The position numbers and the translations under genes are program-made. DNA of 63,000 nucleotides, the filler included, from Candidatus Hydrogenedentota bacterium (GTDB lineage Bacteria; JBFMHD01), in assembly GCA_040752395.1 (NCBI GenBank). It is 14 parts of 14 records of this genome, joined end to end, with 100 filler letters (N's around TTAATTAATTAA, not from the genome) between each part and the next. Parts side by side here need not be neighbours in the genome. Positions count along the whole stretch, not along the records: positions 1 to 18,111 come from JBFMHD010000026.1; positions 18,212 to 21,637 come from JBFMHD010000261.1; 12 more parts are not named here. One strand, 5' to 3'. Below the pieces are notes generated by a model that saw only the letters and a list, made by a program, of their open reading frames with translations, ran no database searches and had not been told where the DNA came from. Of the stretch, positions 10,431 to 19,300 are shown in pieces (the stretch's first letter is position 1; the number at the start of each line of letters is the position of its first letter).

Positions 10431-12050
10431 GTGACCTTTTTGAATTATAAAGAATTAATAAAAGAAAAAGAGAGAAGAGAAAATTTTAAAACCACATCAG
10501 GTATAGAACTTGATAGAATCTATCTACCCGATAAAAAATATGATTATCTTTCGAAACTTGGATTTCCAGGTGAGTATCCTTTTACCCGTGGCATACAACC
10601 AACAATGTATCGTGGAAAACTCTGGACAATGAGACAGTATGCAGGTTTCGGGACAGCAAGAGAATCGAATAAACGATATAAATTCCTTTTAGAAACAGGC
10701 CAGACAGGGGTATCTGTTGCATTTGATTTACCCACACAGATTGGTTATGATTCTGACCATCCTTTAAGCAGAGGCGAGGTGGGGAAAGTTGGGGTAGCTA
10801 TAGATTCATTAAATGATATGGAAATTTTATTTGATAATATACCACTTGATAAAGTTTCGACTTCTATGACAATAAATGCGCCGGCTTGTATATTGCTTGC
10901 AATGTATATTTGTGTTGGAAGAAAGCAGGGAGTAGATGAGAAAAAGTTGCAGGGTACCATACAGAACGATATATTAAAAGAGTATATCGCACGTGGTACA
11001 TATATATTTCCACCAAAACCATCAATGAGAATTATAACAGATATTTTTAAATACTCTTCTATTAATTTACCTTTGTTTAATACTATCTCGATCAGTGGTT
11101 ATCATATAAGAGAAGCAGGCTCAAATGCTGTTCAGGAGCTTGCGTTTACAATCGCTAACGGCATAACGTATGTTCAAGCAGCGATTGATGCAGACCTTGA
11201 TGTGGATGATTTTGCCCCGCGTTTATCTTTTTTCTTTAATGCTCATAACAATTTTTTAGAAGAGATAGCTAAATTTAGAGCAGCACGCAGAATCTGGGCT
11301 AAGATTATGAAAGAGAAATTTAAGGCTAAAAAACCGCGTTCGATGATGTTAAGGTTTCATACCCAAACTGCGGGTTCCACACTTACCGCTTCACAGCCTG
11401 ATAATAATATTATACGTATAACACTACAGGCTTTAGCTGCTGTTCTTGGTGGTACGCAGAGTTTACATACCAACTCAAAGGATGAGGCACTCTCATTACC
11501 TACAGAAGAATCAGTTAGAATAGCTTTGAGAACCCAGCAGATAATAGCCTATGAGAGCGGAGTAACTGATACGATTGATCCATTAGCAGGCGCCTATGCT
11601 CTCGAATACCTCACTGATGAAATAGAAAACAGAGTTTTTGAATATCTTAAAAAGATAGATTCAATGGGCGGTATGATAGAAGCTATTAAATCAGGCTATA
11701 TACAATCAGAGATCGCTGAATCTGCATATCGATACCAGAAAAGTATAGAGTCGAATGAGAAAAAAGTTGTTTCTGTGAATATCTTTACTGAAAAAGAAAA
11801 ACAAAAAACAGAAGTTTTAAAAGTCGATGAAAGTATAGAAAGAGAACAGATCAATAATCTAAAAAAGCTAAAAAAGAAACGAGATAATGCTCTTGTTAGA
11901 AACAGATTAAAAGCTCTTGAAAATATCGGCTCAAGTGATAATATAATGCCATTTATTATTGATGCTGTAAGTTCCTATGCTACAATAGGTGAGATATGTG
12001 ATGTTTTAAGAAAAGTTTTTGGAGAATATAAAGAAAGTATCAGGATATAA
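10431..12050 (+). CDS. Methylmalonyl-CoA mutase family, catalytic (large) subunit
   Basis: [42 protein letters not shown] and RFHTQT. Confidence 0.95.
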   Translation: MTFLNYKELIKEKERRENFKTTSGIELDRIYLPDKKYDYLSKLGFPGEYPFTRGIQPTMYRGKLWTMRQYAGFGTARESNKRYKFLLETGQTGVSVAFDLPTQIGYDSDHPLSRGEVGKVGVAIDSLNDMEILFDNIPLDKVSTSMTINAPACILLAMYICVGRKQGVDEKKLQGTIQNDILKEYIARGTYIFPPKPSMRIITDIFKYSSINLPLFNTISISGYHIREAGSNAVQELAFTIANGITYVQAAIDADLDVDDFAPRLSFFFNAHNNFLEEIAKFRAARRIWAKIMKEKFKAKKPRSMMLRFHTQTAGSTLTASQPDNNIIRITLQALAAVLGGTQSLHTNSKDEALSLPTEESVRIALRTQQIIAYESGVTDTIDPLAGAYALEYLTDEIENRVFEYLKKIDSMGGMIEAIKSGYIQSEIAESAYRYQKSIESNEKKVVSVNIFTEKEKQKTEVLKVDESIEREQINNLKKLKKKRDNALVRNRLKALENIGSSDNIMPFIIDAVSSYATIGEICDVLRKVFGEYKESIRI

Positions 12051-12057
12051 AAGAGAT

Positions 12058-12175
12058 AGGAGTCAACATAGACTTCAGATTGCAGACTACAGGCTCTTCA
12101 GGCTCCAGCCGGCTGTAGTCCGTAGCCTGTAGCCTGTACCCCGAATTATTAAAGTTGCGAAGTTTTTCAAAGGAG
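12058..12175 (+). repeat. Mosaic intergenic repeat copy bounded by AGGAG at both ends
   Basis: AGGAG-tcaac...GGCTCCAGCCGGCTGTAGTCCGTAGCCTGTAGCC...GTTTTTCAAAGGAG. Confidence 0.9.
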
Positions 12176-12180
12176 CTGTT

Positions 12181-12816
12181 ATGAAGAGATTTTGTTCGAT
12201 ACTATTATTAATATTATGTATTAGTTGTGTAGAAGAAGAAACCATAAAAAAAGAAGAGATTGGGCTTGAGAGATTTGTTAGCTATTTAGTTGACAATTAT
12301 AAAAACAGGAATGCCGAGGGTTTCTTAAAAGTTGTATCCCGTGATTTTTGCGGCGGTTTTAATGAATTTGAAAAAGATATAAGAGTGGATTTAGGACGTG
12401 TTGACCAGATTGAGATTGTTTATAATATAGATTCAGTGGAGTATTCTGGAAATGAGACACGATTGGAACTACGATGGCGAAAAAAATATCTTGAACGGAC
12501 TGATAGGGATTTTGATGGTATGCCTGATTTATGGGAGAGATACAATGGTTTAGATGAGAACGACCCGGCTGATGCATATAAAGATACAGATGGTGACGGT
12601 TTTACAAGTAGAGAGGAATTTCTATCTAATTCTGATCCGCTTGACCCAACAAGTGTGCCTGCAGGCACTGTTAATACAATACCTTCTCCTGTTAAACGTG
12701 AGTTTGCAGGGACGTCTTTTTTAATATTAATTAAAGAAGATAATGAGTATCAGCTTATAGCGCAGGAAGGCGATGTATTATTTGGTAATTCTGATAAACT
12801 TGAAGAAGGATTCTAA
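12181..12816 (+). CDS. Putative lipoprotein with Asp-rich (TSP3-like) Ca-binding loops
   Basis: Signal peptide ending CISC; DRDFDGMPDLWE and DTDGDGFTSREEF..SDPLDP. Confidence 0.6.
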   Translation: MKRFCSILLLILCISCVEEETIKKEEIGLERFVSYLVDNYKNRNAEGFLKVVSRDFCGGFNEFEKDIRVDLGRVDQIEIVYNIDSVEYSGNETRLELRWRKKYLERTDRDFDGMPDLWERYNGLDENDPADAYKDTDGDGFTSREEFLSNSDPLDPTSVPAGTVNTIPSPVKREFAGTSFLILIKEDNEYQLIAQEGDVLFGNSDKLEEGF

Positions 12817-12837
12817 AAAGAAGGTTAAATCCAAAAG

Positions 12838-13236
12838 ATGCAAAAGAGAAGAAAGAAGATTGTGATTGCGAAACCCGGATTAGATGGCCATGACCGTGGA
12901 GCAAAGGTCATAGCACGTGCTTTAAGAGACAAAGGTTATGATGTTTTGTATACAGGTATAAGAAAGGCGCCTGAAGAAATAATAAGAATTGTTATAGATG
13001 AAGATGCTGATTGTCTCGGCTTATCTTGTTTATCTGGTGCACATAAAGAATTATTTAAAAGGGTTATGGATATTCTTAAAAAAGAGAGAGTAAAGATACC
13101 AGTATTTGCAGGAGGCATTATACCAGAGGAGGATATAGAATATTTAAAAAGTATAGGTATAAACAGAGTGTTTGGACCAGGAACGAAAACAGATGATATT
13201 ATCTTATATGTGGATAAGTTATGGAAAAAGGCATAA
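12838..13236 (+). CDS. Cobalamin-binding (small) subunit of acyl-CoA mutase
   Basis: KPGLDGHDRGAK (DxHxxG), GLSCLSGAH and GGIIP. Confidence 0.93.
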   Translation: MQKRRKKIVIAKPGLDGHDRGAKVIARALRDKGYDVLYTGIRKAPEEIIRIVIDEDADCLGLSCLSGAHKELFKRVMDILKKERVKIPVFAGGIIPEEDIEYLKSIGINRVFGPGTKTDDIILYVDKLWKKA

Positions 13237-14087
13237 TAAAAAGATTAAAAAAGGGTGACAGAAAAGCGCTTGCAAAAATAATAACAGAGATCGAAAAAGA
13301 TTATAATAAGATACCTGAGATTTTTAAGAATGAAAAGTATGAATACCCTCTTATTTTAGGTATAACAGGGCCACCTGGCTCGGGTAAGAGCACTTTAATT
13401 GGTAAAATAATTAAACATTTAAAAGATATTAAAATAGCGATGTTTTTAATAGACCCATCAAGCAAGCTAAAACGCGGTGCTATTTTAGGTGATAGACTAA
13501 GGATAGAAGAGAAACCAGGGGATACGATTTATATCAGAAGTTTTTCAACAGGTAATACTACAAGCGGCTTATCATTTGTTCTGCCTGCGGTTTCTCGTTT
13601 GGTTAAATTGGCGGGTTATGATTTAATATTTATTGAGACTGTTGGCGCAGGCCAGATAGAAGATATAATATGCGATTTTGCTGATAAAACATATCTTGTA
13701 ATTCAGCCAGCAAGTGGTGATGAAATACAGGCTATTAAATCCGGCATAATCGAGAGAATAGAGGGTATTATTATTAATAAGAGTGATTTGAGTGGCGCTA
13801 TGAGTATGTATAATATTTTTAAAATGATATATAGTGATAAGTTCATTATTAACACAAGTGCAGAAAAAGAAGAAGGTATAGATAAATTTGCTTTGCAGAT
13901 TAGGAATGATTTAAAAGACAGGGTTAAATTAAAGAACAGAAAACAAAGAAAGTTATTTGAATTAAAATTTTATATAAGAGAAATGTTATTCCGCGAGATT
14001 GATAAAAAAATAAACATAAATTTAGTAGAAGACGATACGGATCCTCTAATAACAGCAAAAAAAATCGCCAAACATATGTTGCAGTGA
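13221..14087 (+). CDS. meaB: MeaB/ArgK-family GTPase metallochaperone
   Basis: GPPGSGKST, DPSS...GAILGDR.R, IETVGAGQ and INKSD; located next to mutase genes. Confidence 0.85.
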   Translation: MEKGIIKRLKKGDRKALAKIITEIEKDYNKIPEIFKNEKYEYPLILGITGPPGSGKSTLIGKIIKHLKDIKIAMFLIDPSSKLKRGAILGDRLRIEEKPGDTIYIRSFSTGNTTSGLSFVLPAVSRLVKLAGYDLIFIETVGAGQIEDIICDFADKTYLVIQPASGDEIQAIKSGIIERIEGIIINKSDLSGAMSMYNIFKMIYSDKFIINTSAEKEEGIDKFALQIRNDLKDRVKLKNRKQRKLFELKFYIREMLFREIDKKININLVEDDTDPLITAKKIAKHMLQ

Positions 14088-14088
14088 T

Positions 14089-14116
14089 TAAAGTTAATAT
14101 ATATTTATGTCGAATA
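14089..14116 (+). promoter_or_regulatory. Possible sigma28-type promoter
   Basis: TAAA-N16-GTCGAATA compared with consensus TAAA-N15/16-GCCGATAA. Confidence 0.35.
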
Positions 14117-14261
14117 ATTATATAGTATGTCTGCGATAGTTAAAAAGTTAAAGAGGATACAGGAAAAGCAGGAAAAAGACCTTCTTTGGTTACGGAAATA
14201 CCGCAAAAAAGAAAAATAAATATTAATTGACGAAAAAATAAAATAATGTAGAAATAGAAAA

Positions 14262-14315
14262 ACCTTTCTGCTTGTTATGAAATATGAGCAAGCTGATTGA
14301 ATCCATAGAAAGGAG
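14262..14315 (+). promoter_or_regulatory. Possible rpsF (S6:S18) leader hairpin sequestering the SD
   Basis: CCTTTCT...AGAAAGG outer stem overlaps the SD; GCTTG/CAAGC inner stem; directly upstream of rpsF. Confidence 0.4.
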
Positions 14316-14323
14316 AGACGAAG

Positions 14324-14743
14324 ATGAATTTAAATTCTTATGAGGCAGTCCTGGTATTCCCCATTGATATTACAGATGAGGAAAAAAATAATATTGTTGA
14401 GATTATAAGAAAGAATATAACACCAGCAGGTGGTAATATTACATCTGAAAATACGCTGTATAAAAGGACTCTTACTTACAAAGTAAAAAAGAAACAGGAA
14501 GGGATATATTATCTTATTGAATTTGCATCTGCTGGCGATGCTATATCACAGATTGATTCACAGTTAAGGATACAGGAAAAACTATTAACATTTATCATTG
14601 TGAGGAAAGAAAAACATAAATTAAGAAAGAAACCAAAAGAGCCCAAAAGAACAAAACCAGCTAAAAAGAAGACAGCTAAAAAAGATAGCACAATACCGGC
14701 AAAAGAGGATAGCGGAGAACATATTACAAGTGAAAAAGTGTGA
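14324..14743 (+). CDS. rpsF: 30S ribosomal protein S6 with a Lys-rich C-terminal extension
   Basis: YEAVLVF...RTLTYKVKK..EGIYYLIEF; position in the rpsF-ssb-rpsR order. Confidence 0.88.
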   Translation: MNLNSYEAVLVFPIDITDEEKNNIVEIIRKNITPAGGNITSENTLYKRTLTYKVKKKQEGIYYLIEFASAGDAISQIDSQLRIQEKLLTFIIVRKEKHKLRKKPKEPKRTKPAKKKTAKKDSTIPAKEDSGEHITSEKV

Positions 14744-14760
14744 TCAGGTTTTAGCTGGAG

Positions 14761-14868
14761 AGGAGTTGTCATAAGCACGGTTTGCGCTCTACACTATTGG
14801 GTTATTGGGTTATCTTGCTTCTTGCTTCTTGCTGGGATTATTATACTTACAATGTTTTTCAAGGGAGG
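14761..14868 (+). repeat. Mosaic intergenic repeat copy between rpsF and ssb
   Basis: AGGAG...GCGCTCTACACTATTGGGTTATTGGGTTATCTTGCTTCTTGCTTC...AATGTTTTTCAAGGGAGG. Confidence 0.9.
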
Positions 14869-14874
14869 AAAGTG

Positions 14875-15330
14875 ATGGCAAGGTTAGAATTAAACAGAGT
14901 AATTTTAGCAGGAAATCTTACTTATCCACCAGAATTAAAGTTTACAAAGAGCGGGTTACCAGTTACGACTTTTTCGATCGCGTTAAACAAGACATTTAAA
15001 AATCAGGCAGGCGAGACTAAAAAAAGTACTGATTTTGTTCGCGTTGTTGTCTGGGGGAAAACTGCTGAAAATTGTAAGTCTTATTTAGTAAAGGGGCAGC
15101 AGGTGCTCGTCGAAGGGAGCATTCGCTCAAGACAATGGGAAACCAAAGATGGTAAAAAAGCTTCTACAATTGAAATAGTGGCAAGCAGGGTTCATTTTCT
15201 TGATAAGCCGCGTAGTGATAAACAAGTTGAGATAGCAAAGGATGAGACCAAAGTTGAGGAAGAGGTATTTGCTGATGAAGAGGAGGCAGATATCCTTATA
15301 TCTGAATCTGAAGAAGAGGTCCCATTTTGA
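14875..15330 (+). CDS. ssb: Single-stranded DNA-binding protein
   Basis: LNRVILAGNLT..PELK.T, VWGK.AE, KGQQVLVEG and an acidic tail ending EEVPF; ATG at 14875. Confidence 0.97.
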   Translation: MARLELNRVILAGNLTYPPELKFTKSGLPVTTFSIALNKTFKNQAGETKKSTDFVRVVVWGKTAENCKSYLVKGQQVLVEGSIRSRQWETKDGKKASTIEIVASRVHFLDKPRSDKQVEIAKDETKVEEEVFADEEEADILISESEEEVPF

Positions 15331-15501
15331 AAAACTAAAGATGATATGAAAAGAGTCACAAGTCGCAAGTCGTGAGTCAAAACAGGACTCAAGACTCAAG
15401 ACTTTTCAGCAGGCTCCGGGCTTTTTGCTCCAGCCGGCTGTAGTCCGTAGCCCGTAGCCTGTACCCCGAATTATTAGAGTTACAGCGTTTTTCAGAGGAG
15501 G
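15328..15501 (+). repeat. Mosaic intergenic repeat copy between ssb and rpsR
   Basis: TGAAAAACTAAAGATGATATG, GAGTC/GACTC arms, GGCT/AGCC arms, terminal TTTTTCAGAGGAGG. Confidence 0.95.
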
Positions 15502-15508
15502 ATACCTA

Positions 15509-15727
15509 ATGGCTGTCATAAAAAAGAAAAAGAAGGTCTGTTATTTCTGTAGAGAGGATAAAGAGCCAGATTATAAAGATATTTCTATATTAGAACGTTT
15601 TATATCTGACAGGGGGAGGATTGTACCTCGAAGAATTAATGGTGTCTGTGCAAGACACCAAAGAAAACTCACAAGGGCAGTAAAACGTGCGAGATGTATA
15701 GCCCTGGCTCCATTTACAACAGTATGA
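15509..15727 (+). CDS. rpsR: 30S ribosomal protein S18 (Cys-containing form)
   Basis: CYFC...DYKD...[32 protein letters not shown]. Confidence 0.97.
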   Translation: MAVIKKKKKVCYFCREDKEPDYKDISILERFISDRGRIVPRRINGVCARHQRKLTRAVKRARCIALAPFTTV

Positions 15728-15830
15728 AGTATATCCACATACCTATGCATAGATGTAGGGGTTTATCCTCATTTCAAGGAGCGTGGCATTAGAGGATGTT
15801 GGGGTAAAACGTTGGCGCAACTGTTCCTTT

Positions 15831-16946
15831 ATGAATAAAACAGGGAATAATACTTATCTTCTAAAAAATGTATTGATTGGATTAAGATATAATATTTATT
15901 TACCTGTTTTTGCTTATATTATTTATCTTATATTTGTAGAAAGTGGTATCAGACATTTAAATAATGACTTATCACTTGAGAGTATTAATAAGATAGAGGT
16001 AATTTCGTTTTTAAGGATTGTTCAGATTTTTTATGGATTATTCCTATTTTTTATAGGAATGTGTCTTTCTATTGTAGGTTTTACATTATTTCGGATAAAG
16101 ACCAGCAGGAATATTTATTTAATCACGCTTATCATAATATCTTTTATACTTTTTTATCAAACATCTTTTTCTTCAGCCCTGGTTTTTATTTTGTTTATAC
16201 CTGTTATATCTTCTGTTATTGTTTATGGTATTAGAAAAAAGATGAGCTTTTTCAAGATATTCGCTCTTTTATTGCTGTCTTCTTCTGGTATAAGCACAAT
16301 TATCTTTATTTTGATATTTTTACTATTAAATGACTTACCCTTTATATATAAGGTCAACTATGATATTATTGAATCTAATAAAAATATAATAGAATTTTAT
16401 TTAAAGGGTGAGAATACAGGATTAAGTGATGAGCTAAAAGAAGATGTGAGGGTCTCATTACAGAGGTATATAAGAGATTCCACTATACTTATACCGCGGA
16501 ATACTATAATTTTTACATCTTTTATAATTTTTATGAGTTTGTATATAATAAGAATTATATTATTTAGATTTAAGTTAAGGGTAATACCAGGGACAGGAGA
16601 CATATCTTATATCAATTTACCTGAAGTTTTTGGCTGGTTTTACATCGCGGGTTGGTTATTATTTTTTACAGGATTTTATACCAGAAATCTTTTTATTGAG
16701 GCTCTGGGTCTCAACTTACGTGATATACTTGAATATTTTTTCTGGTTTCAAGGTTTAGGGGTTGCATATTTTTATTTTACAAAGTGGGGTGTTAAGAATA
16801 AATTTATTTTGACATTATTGTTTATTCTGTCAGGCTATATAATTTATAAAGCCCATATAGGACCTTTTGATGTATTTCTTGATTTTAGAAAGATAAGGTC
16901 GTTACCAGGGGAAAAAGATAAATTTAAAGATGAGAATAATTATTGA
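15831..16946 (+). CDS. Membrane protein, DUF2232/YybS-like
   Basis: Multi-TM, FQGLGV motif, C-terminal DVFLDFRK; usual position between rpsR and rplI. Confidence 0.65.
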   Translation: MNKTGNNTYLLKNVLIGLRYNIYLPVFAYIIYLIFVESGIRHLNNDLSLESINKIEVISFLRIVQIFYGLFLFFIGMCLSIVGFTLFRIKTSRNIYLITLIIISFILFYQTSFSSALVFILFIPVISSVIVYGIRKKMSFFKIFALLLLSSSGISTIIFILIFLLLNDLPFIYKVNYDIIESNKNIIEFYLKGENTGLSDELKEDVRVSLQRYIRDSTILIPRNTIIFTSFIIFMSLYIIRIILFRFKLRVIPGTGDISYINLPEVFGWFYIAGWLLFFTGFYTRNLFIEALGLNLRDILEYFFWFQGLGVAYFYFTKWGVKNKFILTLLFILSGYIIYKAHIGPFDVFLDFRKIRSLPGEKDKFKDENNY

Positions 16947-17004
16947 CTATAAAAAACTGAATTATAAAATTATAGAAGGTACAAAATTTTTTTATATGGG
17001 TTTT

Positions 17005-17246
17005 ATGAGCGTGGTTTGCGCTCTACACTATTGGGTTCTTGGGTTCTTGCGTTTTTGCGCTCTACACAAAGGATGAAAAACTAAAGATGATATAAAAAGA
17101 GTCGTGAGTCACAAGTCGCAAGTCGTGAGTCAAAACAGGACTCAAGACTCAAGACTTTTCAGCAGGCTTTTGGCTTTTGGCTCCAGCCGGCTGTAGTCCG
17201 TAGCCTGTAGCCCAAATTATTAGGGTTGCGAAGTTTTTCAGAGGAG
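17005..17246 (+). repeat. Mosaic intergenic repeat copy upstream of rplI
   Basis: Full module series ending GTTGCGAAGTTTTTCAGAGGAG. Confidence 0.95.
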
Positions 17247-17255
17247 ATGACTTGA

Positions 17256-17813
17256 ATGCAGGTTCTGCTAATTAAAGATTATTCTAATTTAGGGAGAGCT
17301 GGTGAAAGTTTGAAAGTGAAAGACGGGTATGCAAGAAATTTTCTCATACCAAGAAAAATAGCTGTTCCAGCTACAAAATCAAACATTAGAAAATATGAAG
17401 CTTTTATTAAAAAGATGGAAAAGATAAGGCAAAAAGAGATAAAGAGTTCAGAGGATTTAAAAACAAGGTTAGAGGGAATGAAGTTGTATTTTAAGGAGAA
17501 GGCTTCAGAAGAAGGGAGATTATTCGGGTCTGTAGGTGTGGCGCAGGTTGTTAGCCGCCTGAAAGAAGAGGGTATTGAACTCGATAAATATCAGGTTATA
17601 ATACCTGTTCATATAAAAGAAGCAGGTACGTATGCAGCAAGGATACGGCTTTATCATAATATCGAAGCCAATATCGAGATTGTTGTTGAAACAGAAAAAG
17701 AAGAAGCACCGCCTGAAGAACTTGCCTTTAAGCCAGAAACACCACAGATAAAAGAAGAACCACAACAACCTAAAGTTGATGATATGCAAAAGTATGAAAA
17801 AGATAGGAGTTAG
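17256..17813 (+). CDS. rplI: 50S ribosomal protein L9 with a C-terminal extension
   Basis: MQVLLIKD..NLG..GE...VKDGYARNFLIP and GRLFGSV. Confidence 0.97.
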   Translation: MQVLLIKDYSNLGRAGESLKVKDGYARNFLIPRKIAVPATKSNIRKYEAFIKKMEKIRQKEIKSSEDLKTRLEGMKLYFKEKASEEGRLFGSVGVAQVVSRLKEEGIELDKYQVIIPVHIKEAGTYAARIRLYHNIEANIEIVVETEKEEAPPEELAFKPETPQIKEEPQQPKVDDMQKYEKDRS

Positions 17814-18111
17814 GAGTTCGTAATAATAGATACGAGCTCCGAGCTCCGAACTCCGAACTTTTTCGAAGGAGTCAACATGAGCGCGGGTTGCGCTCTACAC
17901 TATTGGGTTCTTGGGTTATTGCGTTTTTGCGCTCTACACAACGTATGAAAAACTGAAGATGATATGAAAAGAGTCGTGAGTCAAAACAGGACTCGAGACT
18001 CAAGACTCAAGACTCAAGACTTTTCAGCAGGCTTTTGGCTTTTTGCTCCAGCCGGCTGTAGTCCGTAGCCTGTAGCCTGTAGCCCGTCCTGACACCTCTC
18101 ACTTCTTCCGT
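17793..18111 (+). repeat. Mosaic intergenic repeat copy, truncated by contig end
   Basis: GGAGTT/AACTCC arms, GAAGGAG-tcaacATGAGCGCG module, GAGTC/GACTC arms, GGCT/AGCC arms. Confidence 0.95.
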
Positions 18112-18211
18112 NNNNNNNNNNNNNNNNNNNNNNNNNNNNNNNNNNNNNNNNNNNNTTAATTAATTAANNNNNNNNNNNNNNNNNNNNNNNNNNNNNNNNN
18201 NNNNNNNNNNN
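18112..18211. other. Artificial contig linker (first of 13)
   Basis: N-run/TTAATTAATTAA/N-run of 100 nt. Others start at 21638, 25150, 28657, 32151, 35642, 39110, 42576, 46032, 49460, 52865, 56269 and 59658; intervening contig sizes fall monotonically from 3426 to 3289. Confidence 0.98.
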
Positions 18212-19294
18212 AAACCCATCAAGAAATATCTGTAATGAAGCAACTTCAAGATAATATCCTGGGTTTTTAATCTCTATAGTTCCATCACCTTCTCTTGTAA
18301 CAAAATGAATAATCTGGGTATCTCTGTTTTTTTTAGTTTGGTCACTGTTTTTGCACCACTCTGCTTGAGCTTTAGATAGAAGCTTTTTATAATCAACATT
18401 AAAAACTACACGATGGATGGGTTCAAACTTTAATCCTTCATCATACAAATTTATTACTTCAACCATTGCAAACCTGGCTGGGTGGTCTTTTCTTTGTTCT
18501 TTATTTAAGTCCTTTTTTATGTTTTCCCAGTGCACTTTAGCTGTTGCTAATGAATGGTTACCATCACCAACAGCAAAAAGAAATATCCCACTGTTTTTTG
18601 GATCAACATCGTATTTTGATTTGATTAAGGAAGGCGAAGCAAGCCTTTCCAGAGACTGAAAAATCGTATGAATATCTTGTGGTTTATCAATAATGTATCC
18701 TTTCAAGTGACCACCACCCATCATTAATTCGAAATCATATAAAGGTCTTAGAATAGCAACCTTTTTGAATATCGGTTCAATAACAGTTCTATCCGGGTCA
18801 TCAATTAATAAGAGTGTATGAGAGAGTTCAAGAGGAGCATTTTTTCTGATCATAAGACGCGGGGGTATCCTTTCAATAACAGTCTGCTCAGTAGAACGGA
18901 TGAGCGATTTAGAGCCTTTGCTAAAATCATATTTTTCAAGGTCGATAGTGATGATGAGTCCTTTACGTGATTCGTTATATTTTGTCTTTCTATCTACTAA
19001 TATAAAAGCTTCTTTATTTAAAACAAGTGTCTTATTATGAAGATATTTCCACATTGTTCTGTTAATATTATTAATTCTTTGTTCTTTTCCCTTTTTGTTA
19101 AGTGAGAGATATACTTCAGGGTATATGAGGTGTAGAGTTGATGGATTATTTTTTATTAATTTGTTTACTTTATCCCAGTATTCTGGCTGCGATGTAAACT
19201 GGTCACAGGCTATAACAGACCACTTGTTTAAATCTACATTTTTATCTGGTAATAAGAATTGCGGAACCTTTACTCCAATCTTTTCGTTATACAT
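18212..19294 (-). CDS. DUF1015 family protein (3' truncated by contig end)
   Basis: WSVIACDQFTSQPEYW, RSTEQTVIERIPPR, AVGDGNHSLATAK and FEPIHRV. Confidence 0.85.
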
Positions 19295-19300
19295 AATTGT

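Noticed and set aside
15328-18111. Mosaic repeats as a CRISPR array
   Set aside because: No constant-length repeat with unique spacers, copies are dispersed, and no cas genes are visible.
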